In this document: positions 58,202 to 64,000 of the stretch, in pieces
Layout of the letters: each line of letters begins with the position of its first letter
Numbering within the stretch: the stretch's first letter is position 1
Assembly: GCA_964016885.1 (NCBI GenBank)
Contig: OZ024742.1
Span: 171,864,001 to 171,928,000 of the forward strand
DNA: 64,000 nucleotides
Direction: 5' to 3'
Source: Eledone cirrhosa
Taxonomy: Eukaryota
Program-made: the position numbers and the translations under genes
The notes under the pieces: generated by a model
The model's input: the letters and a program-made list of their open reading frames with translations, nothing else
What the model was told of the DNA's origin: nothing
Database searches by the model: none

Positions 58202-58704
58202 TTGTTCAATATATATGTGTATGTGTGCGTACCCCTAAGCTATTTGTATCGATTAAATCAGCTCTCTATAATGTGTTTACAGTGCCAATCCTCAAACCAA
58301 CATTCGGGATATGTCATTAGCTGCTAGATATTATCCAGACCACTGATGTTAAAGCTATAAACATATTAACTCACTCTTTGCCTTTCACTCACACATACTC
58401 TAGAAATCGAAACGTGCGACACCTGGGAAGGGTGGGTTCAGTTTGTTGACAGCCTCCTGACAAACTCTTACACTACTATAGAGAACAGCTTCCCACAGAA
58501 GACAGGATATGTTGCTTTAAAAGGATGCTAAAGGTCATCTTGACATTTGGTTAAGTTAGATAACGTTGGCTGGTTAGTAAGTTGGTTTGTTCATTTGTTG
58601 GCAATGTTGTAATAAAATTCGACTGCCATATTAATGAATAAACAAGTAAATAAGTAAAAGGAAATGATATAATAAAAGACATACTACTACTGCTACTGCT
58701 ACTG

Positions 58705-58753
<49 letters not shown>

Positions 58754-60032
58754 AATAAATAGTAATATCAGTAATGATTACAATAATAATCATTATAATA
58801 ACCAAGATATATGAGGGAAATAATAAAAATAATAAAATTAATAGGAAAATTAAGGAAATATAATGAAACATTAATTGTTATATTTAAATAACATGGAAAA
58901 TGCCATAAAAGGGAAAGAAACTATTAAATACATATACTTAACGCACACGCGCATGCATATAAAACCTACACATATTACACACATTATAAAAACACATAAC
59001 GCATAGTTTATATTTACATACTACACTATATACACTGTTATACACACAACAGAAATCACACATACGCATACTGCATACACATACTACACATAAACACATG
59101 TACATATAGACTGCATACATACATCATATATCATACATATTTAAACAAACACACCACTCATACTATACACACTCCCACACCACACAACACACACACAACA
59201 TATACATCACACTGTAGAAACAGGCACAGTACACACACATCATACACACACAGAGGAAATTAATATTTAAGATGAGTAACTTGGATGAAATACGGTATAG
59301 AAATAAAACAGCCATTTATTGCTGTTCGTATAATGTTTATATACATATATACGTATAGTAGTGATAGTGGTGGTAATGATATGGATGTTGGTAGTAATTG
59401 TGATAGTGATAGTGGTAGTAATTGTAATAATGGCATAGATTATGGTAGCAGTGGTAGCAAGCCTATGGATGGGGGTAGTATTTATGGTAGTGCTGGTCGT
59501 AGTAGTACTATTGTTGGTGTTGGTGGCAAAGGCGATAGTAATCTGTTCATATGTATAAATATCTCACTAGTAGTTGCTGGTGACATGGTTGTTTTTGTGG
59601 TGGTAGTGACATTATGGTAGTAGTGGCTTTTTCTAGTGGATAAATGTCATGTTGATTTGATGTTGCTTGTAATGTAAGAATGTTGGATGATATTGTCCCT
59701 GAAAACTTTTCATAGCCTGGTTCACTTCGTCAGTTAAATTTGCTCTACAAAATATACATCTAGCATACATAAACTAATCATTAAAGAAACGGGAGAACAT
59801 AGTAATCTCTAGATATCTTAATTCAATATGCTTCGCTGCAAAGATCTAAGAAGGTCGAAAGATGTTCGCATACACTAAAGTTTCACTCATACTGCATTAG
59901 TGTCAATTGTTCCAAAAAACTTAGAGCTGCTTAGATCTTATCACACCATTCTGTTTATAATTTGCGAGCATAGTCTCGTGAATCTTGAATTTTTTCCTCA
60001 TGTTCACACTGCGAGACTATTTTTACATATAA

Positions 60033-60597
60033 ACTCCCACCAAGTATTATTGCTTCTATCATTTGCTGACATTTTTTGTACCCATCCTTGGACATCATAA
60101 CTTCCGTTTTATCACAAATCCGCTCAAATATCAGAAGTTTCATATCTACGTACGAATCTTTTATGTATCTATTTGTTTTGGCTCAACTTCAACATTTTTT
60201 GGAGTACAGGTCAAATCGATTGTTTTGTTTGAAGATATTTTATTATTGGGCGGAAGTGAGAGGAGAACTCAGCATGGGCGCATGATCCACTAGAGATAGC
60301 AGCCAGCAAAGATAACACTCCCACCAGGTATTATTGCTTCTATTATTTGCTGACACTTTTTTTACCCATGCTTGGACATCATAACTTCCGTTTGATCACA
60401 AATCCGCTCAAATATCAGAAGTTTCATATCTACGTACGCATCTTTTATGTATCTATTTGTTTTGGCTGAACTTCAACATTTTCTGGAGTGCAGATCAAAT
60501 CGATTGTTTTGTTTGAAGATATTTTATTATTGGGCGGAAGTAGGAGGAGAACTCAGCATGGACGCATGATCCATTACAGATAGAAGCCTCCAAAGAT
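60033..60597. repeat. 284-bp tandem duplication (2 copies, slightly diverged)
   Basis: CTCCCACCA(A/G)GTATTATTGCTTCT at 60034 and 60318. Confidence 0.92.
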
Positions 60598-61476
60598 ATG
60601 AAACCTATTTTATTTTCAGTATTGATTGACACAGATAAAAAAATGGACGCAAACCAGTATAAATACATTCTCTTTGCAGGCTCCCACCTGGTACAGGACT
60701 TTCATGAATATATAGACAATTGTACAAAAAAAAACAACAGACCGTTGTATCGTCCATTTATAACCAATACAAGAAAACATTTGTGAATTTGCGGATCCTT
60801 GCATGAATAGATTTAGCACCCCCACCAGAGATACACAATTGTTTTAAAGTGCTTGTAGTTATCTAACTACTATCCATCACATATGTATGTAAGAATATTT
60901 CTTAATAATGGGATAGTTATATTATACAGTTCTGTTGGGGTGGATTTCCAAACACCATCTTAATAACGAAAATTATAACAATGTTGCTAAACCTTTCCAA
61001 CTTCTTCATAATTCCTGGCAGTGCCTTTCATTCGAGGTAAACTAATATAAGGAGTTATGTCTATATACAGCACAGTGGACTGATCAAACGAAATTAAGTT
61101 TGTCTGTCGTGGTCAGTAACAGCTATCGATCTCCAGCAACCGTTAACTGAATATTAGGTGAAAGTTCACCTTCAATATCCATTTATCATTTATGTGTTAT
61201 AGTTTTTGATACAATAGATAGTAGACATATCATCGTCTCTATCGACAACAATACATTCATTACAAACAAGCCAACCTTTATTCAAAGAAAATGAAAGCAT
61301 GGTTATTTTGAAGTGAATATCAAATAATAGAAATTTCCATTCGGCCAGCTCTGTTGGACAATGCACTTACTACACTATCCTACTACAAACATTACTGTTC
61401 ACATGCACACACACGCATACACATAAACACAAATATGCACATATACTACAAATACACAAATACATATACACTTTAT

Positions 61477-61544
<68 letters not shown>

Positions 61545-61729
61545 GTGTGGGTGTGGGTGTACTTTCAAATTACTTAGTACAGTGCTTGTGACCTTTGCGA
61601 GCCCACCCACCATAACAAAACTGGTGAGATCTGTAGTTGGTATTTCAGTTTGAACTACTGTCTACTGTACATATATATCTACGGGAATAACATGGGCAGG
61701 CAATGATTGGGCAGGTGGCAGGGATTAAA

Positions 61730-61783
<54 letters not shown>

Positions 61784-62159
61784 TGTGTGTCTGTGTGTGT
61801 GTGTGAGTGTATGTGTGTTTAGGGAGGAGCGGAACAGAATATTCGTATCGTCTTATGAATCATGAATTTTGACTGTCTTACTGAACAGACACAAAAGTAA
61901 TATATGAAAGGGTAAATCTGTATTACAAACCAAAGTCTGGAATAGCGAGTTATAAACAAAGCTTACTGTTAAAGAATAGGCAATTACGTTACAATAAAAC
62001 AAAAATAGATTTTCAGACAATTATATAGAGATTCGTTGTATATAAAATTAGCCACATTTAAGACGAGGATTCTCCCTTCATCTAGGTCACTTTTGTCTAA
62101 ATATTTCGCATAAACCTCTTACAATTTAGGTTTTTACACCACTAAACTACCGTTTGCTG

Positions 62160-62268
<109 letters not shown>

Positions 62269-62679
62269 CTCTCTCTTTATATATATATATACAAACACCA
62301 TCTCTGTGCATGAAGACTTTGTTCAGGTGAGAAACGTTGTTTTGGCTTCAATTTATCTTACATATACACCCGAACTCTTATCTTATGTGGCGAGGTATGG
62401 TGGACGATATATACAATGAATGGAGCCAATGGTCAGATAGGATCAAGGAAGGACACAATGTTCACGTTGTTTTTACCATTGCTGACGTTATCTATCGGTC
62501 GCAGCTCGTGGCAAACAGATATTCTAATATATATATTAAAATATCTGTTATTTTAATATATATATATATTAAAATAACAGATATGTTAATATATATATTA
62601 CAATATCTGTTATTTTAATATATATATATATTAAAATAACAGATATGTTAATATATATATTACAATATCTGTTATTTTA

Positions 62680-62711
<32 letters not shown>

Positions 62712-63470
62712 CCTTATACATTTACTCTATATCTATTATATGAATATGTGCGTGGGAGATGCGTGCATTCATACAACGAAGCATATATATTTTTGAAAAT
62801 GTTCCTGCTTTTATAAATCTTACCCAGTTAAATATATGCATTGTTTCATTCTCCCTATAGCGCTATAAGAGTATTACAAGTGTACATGTTTGTGCAAATG
62901 TTTGTTTGTGTATATATGCTTGTAGATGAGTGTCTGTTTATGTGTGTACGTGTATTAGCAAGTCAACACTAACAATATACCAAACACAACACTACTTATT
63001 ACCAGTCAGTAATTCCCACATCAGTAACTATTTGCCAACAACAGTTGCATATCAAACACAGACTATTTTATCACTAGTTCTCTCTCTCGCTTTCTACTGC
63101 ATCATACTGCACTGTATGTTTTCACTCAGTATGCTGACCCTGTAGCAGTTAGAAAATTACGGAACAATAAACTAAGTTTTAATCAAGTTATTCAGCACTT
63201 TATGCCAGGAGGCTACGATAACATCAGCTTACCAGCTTTACCCGTTCTACTCCAGATTTTTTTTTCTCCTGCCAAATCAGAGAATTAGGAACAAGAAAAC
63301 ACAAAACAAAAAACAAAAAAAAAAAGCAAATGGCAGAAAAAAGGAAGATAGAAAAAATAAAATAGGAATAAGAAGGACAACAACAACAAAGAGAAATAGA
63401 AAGAAAATACAAAACAAAAACGAAGAAAAAAAAAAACCAAGATTATAGAATAAGAATAAGAAAAAAGAAC

Positions 63471-63560
63471 AAGAAGAAGAAGAAGAAGAAGAAGAAGAAG
63501 AAGAAGAAGAAGAAGAAGAAGAAGAAGAAGAAGAAGAAGAAGAAGAAGAAGAAGAAGAAG
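63471..63560. repeat. (GAA)n microsatellite
   Basis: Direct inspection. Confidence 0.95.
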
Positions 63561-64000
63561 ACAACGAGGACAAAAGACGAAGAAAACAAAACGAAATAAA
63601 ATTGGAAAGATGGAGGGGGATTTTATAAAGATGAGCAGGTTAGAATGGAGGGGGTTACGAGGAAGAGAAAGGGGGGAATAAAAAACTCTAATAATAATAA
63701 TAATAATGAAAATAATAATAAATATAGCAATGATAATAATAATGTCTTTCTTTTTGGCGATGTTTTCTCCAAGAATTCATGTTAATATCCAGGCTCGTTG
63801 CTTATAGAAGTATTGATTTTCCTACCTAAAACCTGACATTTACGCGGTGGTAGCTATCTAACACAGATACTACTACCAACACCAAAAATGACTTCTGCTA
63901 CTGTTATTGGGGTTAATTGTAATGTTGGTGGTGGTGTTAACGGTGTTGATGCTGTTGGTGGTGATGTTGGTAATTTTAGTTGTATTGGTGTTGATGTTGG

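Noticed and set aside
59285-59620. Gly/Ser-rich 111-aa ORF
   Set aside because: Degenerate (GGT/AGT)n trinucleotide tract.

Overview
Animal nuclear DNA, very AT-rich and packed with (TA)n, (CA)n, (GA)n and trinucleotide microsatellites. The repeat content suggests an octopus or other cephalopod (inference only). No host gene could be supported, and nearly all ORFs in the track are microsatellite artefacts. Recognisable content: (i) a near-complete Penelope-like retroelement (PLE) at 1-4377 encoding RT plus a C-terminal GIY-YIG endonuclease, with pseudo-LTR (pLTR) direct repeats and a hammerhead-like motif; (ii) a 466-bp tandem array at 47204-50669 with one type I hammerhead ribozyme per unit, arranged head-to-head inside (TA)n, i.e. 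a retrozyme-like non-autonomous element probably moved by PLE machinery; (iii) about ten short head-to-head foldback insertions in (TA)n, several with complete or partial hammerheads; (iv) many tRNA-derived SINEs, R4/Dong-like and L1/Tx1-like LINE fragments, and a non-autonomous Helitron-like element. The unifying signal is a (TA)n-targeted set of ribozyme-bearing retroelements: a PLE, a hammerhead tandem array and hairpin relics. All RNA folds were done by eye.
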